This document shows, piece after piece, positions 20,129-28,469 of a stretch of 52,126 nucleotides of DNA. Where the stretch lies: positions 1 to 52,126 of the forward strand of contig JBDREQ010000015.1 of the NCBI GenBank assembly GCA_043819555.1. The letters run 5' to 3'. The notes under the pieces are model-generated. The model was given only the letters and a program-made list of their open reading frames with translations, ran no database searches and was not told the origin of the DNA. The translations under genes and the position numbers were made by a program. The stretch comes from Candidatus Zixiibacteriota bacterium. GTDB taxonomy: Bacteria; Zixibacteria; MSB-5A5; GN15; JAAZOE01. Every line of letters starts with the position of its first letter. Within the stretch, counting starts at the first letter, position 1.

Positions 20129-20159
20129 TTCAGGGATAGATTTTTAGCCAATCCCTGAA
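20129..20159. other. Intergenic inverted repeat (RNA hairpin without U-tail)
   Basis: TTCAGGGAT-N13-ATCCCTGAA about 20 nt downstream of the selenoprotein stop; no poly-U on the minus strand. Confidence 0.5.
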
Positions 20160-20178
20160 TGTACTTTAAATATGACGA

Positions 20179-21573
20179 TCATAAACAATTGGGCGGATTG
20201 CCGCCTTTGAATATATGATTTATTAAAAAGACAGCGTCACCGATATTGACATTATTATCGCAATTGGCATCAGCCCTTTCTGCGGGATCGCTTGGAGGAC
20301 CGCCTTTGAAAATAATATTAATAATGTAAACGGCGTCGCCGACACTTATGCCATAGTCGCCGTTAGCATCACCCCGATTGTGAACGGTTATCTTTAGATT
20401 AGGCGACCATATACTTTCGGCGTCCATTTCATCCTTGACTTTTACACGGTAATTATAATTTCCGGCCATGTTCCAGGCGTGCGATTCAATTGTTTGCGTT
20501 CCCGATTCCACAGGACCAGTCCAATCAGATATATTTCCGTCGCCCCAGTCGAATTTGTACCATAAATCCTGGCCGTCAGGATCGGTGCCATTGGCGGCGA
20601 TTTCGTACGTTCCGTAGGTTATTCCGATTGACGGACCGCTTATATCCATAGGCCGGGGCGGAGTCTGATTTATAAATTGATTGTTGATTATGGAAACCGC
20701 AATTCCGAGATTACCTTCGCTTAGCCAGTTAAGCGTTACGGACAGGCTGATATTCTTGACTTCTCTTACGCCGGAGGATTGAGAAGCGACAACGTAGTTG
20801 GAAAGATTGCCGGACAGGTCACCCGGTGATGCGCCGACCACTACTTGATAACCCCCGTCAACAAAAACGGTAGGAGCGGCTTGTAAATTAAAATCATCAA
20901 AAACCCGACGACTGGCTTCGTTGTTTTTATTATAGATAAGGGAAGCATGATACACATTGTATCCGGCCGCTTGCAACGCTGCTAACGCCTCACGGGCGTA
21001 AGGGCAAAATGGTCACGTGGTTCGCGTCCCTTCTTCAAAGAGAACCGAATGGGTGTAGTTGCCATCACCTCCTGCAATGCCGGTTTCACCCGGATGAGCT
21101 CCGGTTACAGCGTCCGGGAAATAAGCTGTAAATGGGCCGCTTCCGTCACCCGGGTAAGACAATCTGAATTCACCGTCATTTCCCGAAATAACCGCGATAA
21201 CCATGATATTATCTTCGGCAATATCGCCATACCCATGCGTCGAGCCGCTCCAAACCCGGGTCTCTTCAAAAGTGCCAAGATAAGGAATGGAAAGAGTATC
21301 GTAAAAAGCAAAACCAAGAAATCCATTTTCATATGTCGAGTAATTATAATCTCTCCAGCGAGATACCGGTTCAATTACGTAAACTCGAAGAGTGGCATCA
21401 TAATTGGCGCTAAGGGATTTTTTCGACGGTGAATCTTTATGGACGTTAACTTCTGAATTTATTTTTCCATCTGTTATGGTAATTTCCTTAGATGAATACC
21501 CGGAGTTATCAGCCAATATTCCTCCGCAGACAAGAAATAAAATCAGGATTGCATTGCAACAAACTCTTGTCAT
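20179..21573 (-). CDS. Candidate secreted selenoprotein, 464 aa: Omp28/thioredoxin-like UxxC domain, PKD-like domain, dockerin-like tail (Sec at TGA 21015-21013)
   Basis: ORFs 21013..21573 and 20179..20976 are in the same frame, separated only by one TGA and 12 sense codons: HSVLFEEGTRTT-TGA-PFCPYAREALAALQAAGY. Later APTVFVDGG (cis-Pro loop), DPDGQDLWYKFDWGDG (PKD-like) and a dockerin-like tail. SECIS-like hairpin follows the TGA. Confidence 0.85.
20980..21006 (-). promoter_or_regulatory. Putative bacterial SECIS element
   Basis: mRNA after UGA: CCAUUUUGCCCUU-ACGCC-CGUGA-GGCGU-UAGCA. 5-bp upper stem (20999-20995 with 20989-20985), 5-nt loop with GU at positions 2-3 starting after an 18-nt spacer, possible lower UGC/GCA pairing. 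Confidence 0.7.
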
Positions 21574-21652
21574 GATTTGATCTCCGAAAAGTAAAAAGTC
21601 AAGTCTTAATACGACCCTAAAATTGGGCCAGCCCAGTCTCTTTTATGCGAAT

Positions 21653-21680
21653 AATATACCAATTTAGTTTTCTTTGGCAA
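21653..21680 (-). promoter_or_regulatory. Putative sigma70-type promoter of the selenoprotein gene
   Basis: Minus strand TTGCCA-N16-TATATT with TGn extended -10, about 80 nt upstream of ATG 21573. Confidence 0.5.
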
Positions 21681-21896
21681 GGCAAAAAATATTGCAATTT
21701 ATCATTTATACGAAGGGAATAAGAATTTGGAGTATTTCATTTTCTGAGAGATACTTGATTAATATTAAGGATGAAATTGGACCGGGAATCCACCGGCCGG
21801 CCAGTTGTAAATGTAAACAAAACTAATAAGGGCCATTTCGTAAAAGCGGGGGAAAATCATCCAAATCGGTTTAAAGATGTACTTTACATAATGACT

Positions 21897-23426
21897 CTAT
21901 AGCGTTATAGGCATGCCCATTAGTGGCCATACGAATCTGACAAAAACAGCTATAACCACAATTAAGAGGATGCTGGCCGGGATACCATAATTAAAGAACT
22001 CTCCGCTTGTAAACTGTTTGCTTTCGTAGGCAATTGCGTTTGGCGCCGCTCCGACGAGAAGCAAGAAAGGCATTCCGGCCGCTACAAGAGACGCGAATAA
22101 AACGACTTCAGGGGCCACACCAAGATATGGCGCCATGGTCAGAGCCACCGGCATGGTAATGGCGATAGCGGCGACGTTCATTATAAGATTTGTCATTATA
22201 AGCACAAATAGCGCGATCCCAATCACGAACGCGAACCAGCCTAAATCATGAAGAATGACAAGCCATTGAATAGCCAGCCATTGGGCGGCTCCCGTTTGCC
22301 ACAGACAAAAGCCGATACTCATGGCCCCGCCAAACAGTAATACGATATTCCACGGGATTTTTTCGAGGTCCTCGATAGTCAGAATTTTAAAAAGGAAAAA
22401 CAAGGCAGTGGATGTCAGGATGATGGCACTTTTATCGACATGTTCAAGTCCGGGTATGTGTTTACTAATGCTAATAGCTAAGATTGTTAGTCCTACTATA
22501 AGAAGAGTCAGTTTTTCGGTTTTGGTAATTTTCCCCAAATGTTTATTTAGCGTCAATGCTCGTTCCCTAAGGCCGGGGATAATTTTATGTTCCGGCCTTA
22601 AAAAAACCATGAAAAATCCCCATAGCAAAAAGACCATGAGAGCGCCGATCGGAAACATATAATACGTTAATTGGAAAAAAGTTATTTCGTGGCCAGTGAT
22701 ATCTCTAAAGAAGCCGATAGCGACCGCTCCTCGTGCCGCACCTAATAGGGTAATTATACTTCCCGCACCGGCGACAAAGGCCATACCCATAAACAAACCT
22801 TTACCGAATTTTGTAGGTCGGTTGCTATCGTCGTATAATGCATAGATGGCCATCAAGAGCGGATAGACAGCGGCGGCAACGGCAGTATGGGCCATGATCA
22901 AAGTCAGGGCAGCAGTCATAATAAAAGTACCCAAATAAATCATGCTTGTTTTTTCACCAACGACCAGCAGCATTTTGTAGGCCATACGCCTGGTTAAACC
23001 GGACCTGGTGAAAGCCATTCCTATTACGACCGAACCGATAATAAACCAAACCGACGGGTCCATGAAATCATTAAAGGCGACTTTGGCCGATCTGATTAAG
23101 AAGATTGCTTGAACAACCCCGATGACAATACTTGTAACTCCAATAGGGACGACCTCAAAAACCCACCAGGTTGCGGCAAGTAAAAACAGCCCCAGCGCGG
23201 CTTTTCCTTCACGAGACAAGATAAAATGTTCTCCCTGTGGACTGACAGCATTGGGCCAGTCAGGCGATATATATATTCCTATAAAGAGTATTAAACCCAG
23301 CGCGATAAAAACCAGGCGCCGGTAGTCTATGCGGCGAGCAACGCCGGCGACATGAATATCGTGCGGCGCTTCAGGAAGTTCTGCTCCCGGAGGTACGCTT
23401 CCTTTAGGTTTAAACTCGTCATTCAT
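21897..23426 (-). CDS. SLC13/DASS family anion (dicarboxylate/sulfate) transporter
   Basis: Many TM helices; WWVFEVVPIGVTS, SGLTRRMA, IPWNIVLLFGGAMSIG, MTNLIMNVAA, GAAPNAIAY. Confidence 0.9.
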   Translation of the reverse strand: MNDEFKPKGSVPPGAELPEAPHDIHVAGVARRIDYRRLVFIALGLILFIGIYISPDWPNAVSPQGEHFILSREGKAALGLFLLAATWWVFEVVPIGVTSIVIGVVQAIFLIRSAKVAFNDFMDPSVWFIIGSVVIGMAFTRSGLTRRMAYKMLLVVGEKTSMIYLGTFIMTAALTLIMAHTAVAAAVYPLLMAIYALYDDSNRPTKFGKGLFMGMAFVAGAGSIITLLGAARGAVAIGFFRDITGHEITFFQLTYYMFPIGALMVFLLWGFFMVFLRPEHKIIPGLRERALTLNKHLGKITKTEKLTLLIVGLTILAISISKHIPGLEHVDKSAIILTSTALFFLFKILTIEDLEKIPWNIVLLFGGAMSIGFCLWQTGAAQWLAIQWLVILHDLGWFAFVIGIALFVLIMTNLIMNVAAIAITMPVALTMAPYLGVAPEVVLFASLVAAGMPFLLLVGAAPNAIAYESKQFTSGEFFNYGIPASILLIVVIAVFVRFVWPLMGMPITL

Positions 23427-23469
23427 GACCGCTCCTGCGAGATTGCGCTATTGGATTAAACATTGAATT

Positions 23470-23994
23470 CTACAGTAAAATATTGGCGATTTCGTGAAAT
23501 ACATCAACGCTTCGGACAACGCCGACGACATTAGAATCCTTGAGAACCGGTAACAAGGTCAATTCGCGGCTGACCATTTTATAAATTACTTTGGCCAGGT
23601 GATCATCAAAATGAACGGTCGCCACTATTGGCTGCATCACCTCGCTGACCTGTTGCTCAGCTTGTTCCTGCATAGCTTTGGCTATGCGGCCGGCGGATAA
23701 ATCAACCAGGTCAGGATCGATATCAACGTCGAATAGTTGGCCGCGTTTGGGGGCGGTCATGGTTCTCATAAATTTTGGTTCCAGGCCGCGGAAGATATCT
23801 CTCCGACGGACAATTCCCAGTAATTGATATTTTTCGTCAAATACCAGCAGGGCTCTGGGAAGAGAAGTACGATCCTTGTGAGTCAATTCGGATTTATCCA
23901 GTTCCGCCACAGCCTGCCTGAGTGTGAACCAGTACGGAATATGGGGATAATTTTCAAGGGGAATCATAATTTCCCCGGCGCGTTTAGATATCAT
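23470..23994 (-). CDS. CBS-domain pair protein
   Basis: AGEIMIP...LLVFDEKYQLLGIVRRRDI and VSEVMQP...LPVLKDSNVVGVVRSVDVF; directly upstream of the DASS transporter. Confidence 0.88.
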   Translation of the reverse strand: MISKRAGEIMIPLENYPHIPYWFTLRQAVAELDKSELTHKDRTSLPRALLVFDEKYQLLGIVRRRDIFRGLEPKFMRTMTAPKRGQLFDVDIDPDLVDLSAGRIAKAMQEQAEQQVSEVMQPIVATVHFDDHLAKVIYKMVSRELTLLPVLKDSNVVGVVRSVDVFHEIANILL

Positions 23995-24117
23995 TGCGCA
24001 CTCCTGTTTTAAATTCTCTAAGAAGATAAATAAGTGTAAGAAAACAACCCGTACAGGTGTTACGGATTATACTTTTGTTGTCCCACATAAGAAAGCCTTC
24101 CTCACTTTTCAGCCGTC

Positions 24118-24146
24118 AATATAGTAAGCAGTATTAAGCAGGTCAA
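24118..24146 (-). promoter_or_regulatory. Putative sigma70-type promoter of the CBS-DASS operon
   Basis: Minus strand TTGACC-N17-TATATT. Confidence 0.45.
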
Positions 24147-24280
24147 CAAAGATTGCAGGGTAGTTTTGGATATAATTTTGAATTATATTTCAGGCTGCCA
24201 ATTCCTGGAATGACTAAAAGTTTCTCAAATGCTAATTAGGATTTTGCGAATTTCATTGGTACCTATATTGTTGATAAGAA

Positions 24281-24487
24281 GGTTCTGGTACCGGAGAGCC
24301 GGATAATACCGGTTATTTGTCAACACCTGAAGGTATAGCGCGGTCTGAAATATCGAGCGTTATTGATTCATCAACGGGGCGCACATATGGTCAAGAATTT
24401 GTTTATCGTTATAATCTTGCCCAGAGGAATCCGTTAAATTATGGCCAGCCAAGGATTATTTATTTTGGATTGAGAACAACGTTTTAA
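24281..24487 (+). pseudogene. Start-less remnant resembling the C-terminus of a TonB-dependent receptor
   Basis: 68 open codons GSGTGEPDNTGYLSTPEGIARSE...YRYNLAQRNPLNYGQPRIIYFGLRTTF*, with a stop two codons upstream and no start codon. Ends in a PR-x-x-x-x-G-x-x-x-x-F terminal beta-strand. Confidence 0.6.
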
Positions 24488-24677
24488 ACTTCGGTTAGTC
24501 GCGGTAAATTAGAAAATTGCGATGGCAATTTTCTGTCCATGTATCTCTGGAAATATTTAGTCAAAGAGTACGTCTGGCGAACTAAATCCAGGCAATCGCT
24601 TGCTAAAATCGACAAAAATTCGTATTTAACCACAATATATTCTCACAATATCGCACACATGTTCAAATGGAGGTGTA

Positions 24678-26690
24678 ATGAGGCTATTAAAGTTTACAAG
24701 CGTGATAGCGGTGTTTTACCTTCTTCTCTTTGGAAGTATATTGCAGGCCGCCGCAGAGTACAAATATCGCAATCCTGAAGCAGTTAATACAGACCTTCAG
24801 AAGATCGCCGGGGATAATAAGGATGTGGCTAAGTTGCATAAACTGGCCGTGACGCCGGGGGGGCGAGATTTTAATTTATTGGAATTAAGTACTGATAAAT
24901 CAAAAAAACCGGCCATTTTGGTAGTCGCCAATATGGAAGCGAATTATCCGATTGCGACCGAGGCGGCTGTTAAATTAAGCGAGCTACTGGTTGGGGATTG
25001 GAAAGAAGAATTAAATTCCCACAACTGGTATATCGTGGCGATTGGCAATCCTGATGGTTATGCGAATTTCTTTGACAAGCCACTTTATAGTAATTTTCAA
25101 AATGAGAAACCTTTCAACGATGATAAAGATGACGCGACCGATGAGGATGGCCCGGATGATTTGAATAATGACGGATATATCACCCAAATGCGCCAGAAAC
25201 ATCCCGAAGGGCGATGGCTGCCGGCTGCGAACAATCCTCTATTTATGAAGAAGGCTAAAGGGGAAAAGGGTGAAATTGGCATGTACCGGCTGTTTCCCGA
25301 AGGATTGGATAACGATAAAGATGGCGAAATAAATGAGGATGGTCCGGGAGGAATCAATCCGGGGCATAATTTCCCGCATAAATTCCAGCACTATACCAAA
25401 ACCGATGGTATGTTTGCGGCTTCGGAATCAGAATCGCGCGCGATATTGAATTTTGCTTTTGCCCATCCAGAAATTGCGATGGTAATTGTCCTGGGCCGGA
25501 GCAACACGCTTCAAGCGGTTCCGCCCAGTTCTAATCAGGGCGAATCCGCCGGTGGTAAACATAAATTGCCGGAATGGATGGCCCGCCGAGCCGGAGTTGA
25601 TCCGGAACAAAAATACGATATCGCTGAGATAGTCGAAATGGCAAAGGCCTTTTGGGGAAATGACGACGTTACTGAAGAGGACGTCGTTCAGTTTCTTGGC
25701 CTTGGCGCTGTGGTTAATCCCAATAAAAGCGATATTGCGTACTGGGAAGAGATTACCAAGAAATATGAAGAGTTTTTGAAAGAGGCAGAGCTTGATGCCA
25801 AGAGTTTGGATAAACCGAAGTTCTCAAATGGCAGTGTTGAGGAATGGGCCTATTACCAATATGGCGTCCCGACTTTTTGTATGGATTTCTGGAGTTTGCC
25901 CAAGCCTGAAAAGAAAAAAGATGAAGCCGACAGCGGCGCGGTAACTCCCGAAGACATTGAAAAGATGTCAAACGAGGAGTTTATTGAGCTGGGCGAAGAA
26001 AAAATATCGGAAATTCTCGAGAATGCCGGCGCACCGGAACAGTATTCGGCTGAAAGAGTCATCAAGGGTTTGGAGGGCGGCCGGATGGATACCAAGCGAA
26101 TGGCTAAAATGCTGGAGCGGATGAAAAAAGATGATGACGAGGATGTAGGCGGTTCCGAAACGGAAGAAGCTCTTTATGCGCAAAATCCCAACGCTTTTAT
26201 ATCATGGACCGAATATGATCATCCGACATTGGGCAAAGTAGAAATCGGAGGGATGATTCCGTATTCAACTGTTCTGCCTCCGGCTGATAAGGTCGATGAT
26301 CTTATCACCAGGCAATTGCCATTCCTGCGCAAATTAGTGTCAATGACTCCGTCTATTAAAATTAAACAGATAGATATCGAAGAACTGTCAACCGAGATTT
26401 GGAAGATTGAAGCATGGGTCGTAAATAACGGTTATTTGCCTTATCCGACTTATCAGGGTAAGCGATGCGGCAGGCCGGCTCCGGCGGTGGTTACCATCGA
26501 TGATAAGAATATAGAATTGCTGCAGGGGAAGGTGCGGACCGGATTGGATATTTTACCCGGGTCCGGCGGTTATGAAAAGGTTCGCTGGGTAATCAAAGGA
26601 CCTGGCGGAAAGGACATTACATTGAAAGTGTCTGCGCCAAGCCTTGGCGAAGATTCCCGGTCGATAACTTTGAAAGGAGGCGCCCAATGA
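24678..26690 (+). CDS. Secreted M14 carboxypeptidase-like protein, probably catalytically inactive
   Basis: M14 fold landmarks (TPGGRDF, KPAILV, NPDG, ESRAI) and Asp-rich DxDxDG/EDG inserts, but HxxE is replaced by ExxY and the other ligands are absent. Confidence 0.8.
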   Translation: MRLLKFTSVIAVFYLLLFGSILQAAAEYKYRNPEAVNTDLQKIAGDNKDVAKLHKLAVTPGGRDFNLLELSTDKSKKPAILVVANMEANYPIATEAAVKLSELLVGDWKEELNSHNWYIVAIGNPDGYANFFDKPLYSNFQNEKPFNDDKDDATDEDGPDDLNNDGYITQMRQKHPEGRWLPAANNPLFMKKAKGEKGEIGMYRLFPEGLDNDKDGEINEDGPGGINPGHNFPHKFQHYTKTDGMFAASESESRAILNFAFAHPEIAMVIVLGRSNTLQAVPPSSNQGESAGGKHKLPEWMARRAGVDPEQKYDIAEIVEMAKAFWGNDDVTEEDVVQFLGLGAVVNPNKSDIAYWEEITKKYEEFLKEAELDAKSLDKPKFSNGSVEEWAYYQYGVPTFCMDFWSLPKPEKKKDEADSGAVTPEDIEKMSNEEFIELGEEKISEILENAGAPEQYSAERVIKGLEGGRMDTKRMAKMLERMKKDDDEDVGGSETEEALYAQNPNAFISWTEYDHPTLGKVEIGGMIPYSTVLPPADKVDDLITRQLPFLRKLVSMTPSIKIKQIDIEELSTEIWKIEAWVVNNGYLPYPTYQGKRCGRPAPAVVTIDDKNIELLQGKVRTGLDILPGSGGYEKVRWVIKGPGGKDITLKVSAPSLGEDSRSITLKGGAQ

Positions 26691-28426
26691 TTTCAAGGAT
26701 ATTAATGATTAGCGCCTGCACCGTCATTCTTCTCACCTCTTCAGCGTTAGCAGGAAAGGTCAATTTATCTTTTGATCATTATTATAATGAGGCAGAGATC
26801 CATGACGCGCTTAAACAGTTAAATAAAGCGTATCCTGAATTAACTGAATTGCGTTCTCTTGGCAAGAGTGAAGAAGGCCGCGATATAATGCTGTTTACGA
26901 TTAATAATTCGAACACCGGAAATGACCTGGAAAAACCGGCCGTGTACGTTGACGGAACCATTCACGGGAATGAAATCCAGGCGACCGAAGTCTGTCTATA
27001 TCTGGCCTGGTATCTGCTTGATTCTTACGGTACCAATGAAGTAATGACGAAACTGGTTGATACACGCGCGTTTTATATTGTTCCCATTGTCAATGTGGAT
27101 AATCGCGAGAGGTTGATGTCTCAACATAAAAACTATGGAATCGGGCGCAGCGCTATAGTACCTTACGATGATGACCGTGACGGGTTGTTCGATGAAGATG
27201 ATTATGATGATGTTGATGGCGACGGTGAAATTCTTCAGATGCGAATTCGCGATCCCCAGGGAAATTTTAAAACACATCCCGATGATCCTCGAGTCATGGT
27301 GCGCATTAAGCCCGGAGAAAAAGGTGAATGGCGTCAGCTTGGGCGGGAAGGAATCGATAACGACGGCGATGGGCGGATTAATGAAGATACCCCTGGTTAC
27401 CTTGATATGAATCGCAATTATGGGTTTAAATGGCAGCCGCCTTATGTTCAAAGCGGGGCAGGCGATTTTCCGCTATCAGCTAAACCAAATGAGGCCATCA
27501 CCAAATTTGTCTTAACCAAGCCAAATATATGTTTTGATTTCGCGTTTCATAACTCCGGCGGTTTGTGGGTGCGCGGCCCTGGGTCGAAGCTGGCCGGTAT
27601 GTACTCGCCCCGCGATGTTGCCGTCTATGATTATCTTGGCGGAGAAGGCGAAAAAATCGTTCCCGGGTACGAATATATTATAGGCAGTTTGGATATGTAT
27701 ACCACTCACGGCGATTTCGATGAATTTATGTATTCCGGACTCGGCGTTTTTGGCTTTGTTGGCGAGCTTTATATGGGCGGCGAGCAGATGACATATCGCC
27801 CTCGTGATGTGCAAAAGGAAATCCCTGATTACTGGGGAAATACCTACGAAACGGACCGTGACCGGGAAAAAATGTTATTTAGCGATCGAGTTTACCAGGG
27901 TAATCTATTCAAAGACTGGAAGAAATATAATCATCCCCAATTGGGTGAAATTGAAATTGGCGGTTGGAGGACGTATGCCAGTCGAATTACTCCGCCTTTT
28001 CAATTATTGGAACAAGCGCATCGCTGTGCGGCTATGGTTATTTTCACGGCTCAGAATACACCCGAAGTATCCCTTGAATTGATTGAAGTCAAGGATTTGG
28101 GTGACGGTATAAAGCGGGTGCGAGTGGCCGCAAAGAATTCCAGGGCTATTCCAAGTTTGTCGGATAAAGCCATGAAAAATAATCTGACGCGTAAGGATAT
28201 TTTCAAAATTGAGGGACGGGGCGTTGAAATCGTAGCCGGCGGATTTGTCTCTGATTTGCTTTATGATCGCGTTGATTATGTCGATCATCGTCCCTTTATA
28301 CTATTTTCAAACGTTCCCTCGTTTGGGATTCGGAACATAGAGTGGATTGTCAAAGGCAGTGGCAAAGTAACGGTGACCTTTGACGCGGTCAAGGCAGCCA
28401 ATCGAACTCTCAATATTGATTTGTGA
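26687..28426 (+). CDS. Secreted M14 zinc carboxypeptidase
   Basis: GKSEEGRDI, DGTIHGNE (HxxE), DMNRNY, AFHNSG, VGEL; Asp-rich inserts; ATGA-coupled to the upstream paralogue. Confidence 0.9.
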   Translation: MISRILMISACTVILLTSSALAGKVNLSFDHYYNEAEIHDALKQLNKAYPELTELRSLGKSEEGRDIMLFTINNSNTGNDLEKPAVYVDGTIHGNEIQATEVCLYLAWYLLDSYGTNEVMTKLVDTRAFYIVPIVNVDNRERLMSQHKNYGIGRSAIVPYDDDRDGLFDEDDYDDVDGDGEILQMRIRDPQGNFKTHPDDPRVMVRIKPGEKGEWRQLGREGIDNDGDGRINEDTPGYLDMNRNYGFKWQPPYVQSGAGDFPLSAKPNEAITKFVLTKPNICFDFAFHNSGGLWVRGPGSKLAGMYSPRDVAVYDYLGGEGEKIVPGYEYIIGSLDMYTTHGDFDEFMYSGLGVFGFVGELYMGGEQMTYRPRDVQKEIPDYWGNTYETDRDREKMLFSDRVYQGNLFKDWKKYNHPQLGEIEIGGWRTYASRITPPFQLLEQAHRCAAMVIFTAQNTPEVSLELIEVKDLGDGIKRVRVAAKNSRAIPSLSDKAMKNNLTRKDIFKIEGRGVEIVAGGFVSDLLYDRVDYVDHRPFILFSNVPSFGIRNIEWIVKGSGKVTVTFDAVKAANRTLNIDL

Positions 28427-28444
28427 GATAAATAATTTCTGGTG

Positions 28445-28467
28445 AAGGCGGGCTTTTGCCCGCCTTT
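28445..28467. terminator. Hairpin terminator between convergent genes
   Basis: AAGGCGGGC-TTTT-GCCCGCCTT perfect 9-bp stem. Confidence 0.75.
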
Positions 28468-28469
28468 AT

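Noticed and set aside
21013..21015. TGA read as Trp or Gly (genetic code 4 or 25)
   Set aside because: Many genes here end in TGA (17041, 26690, 28426, 33986), some in ATGA overlaps, and Trp is encoded by TGG. The TGA aligns with the first Cys of CxxC, not the preceding Trp position.
24539..24778. 79-aa ORF overlapping the first M14 gene
   Set aside because: No motifs, and it overlaps the GGAGG RBS and start of the M14-like gene in another frame.
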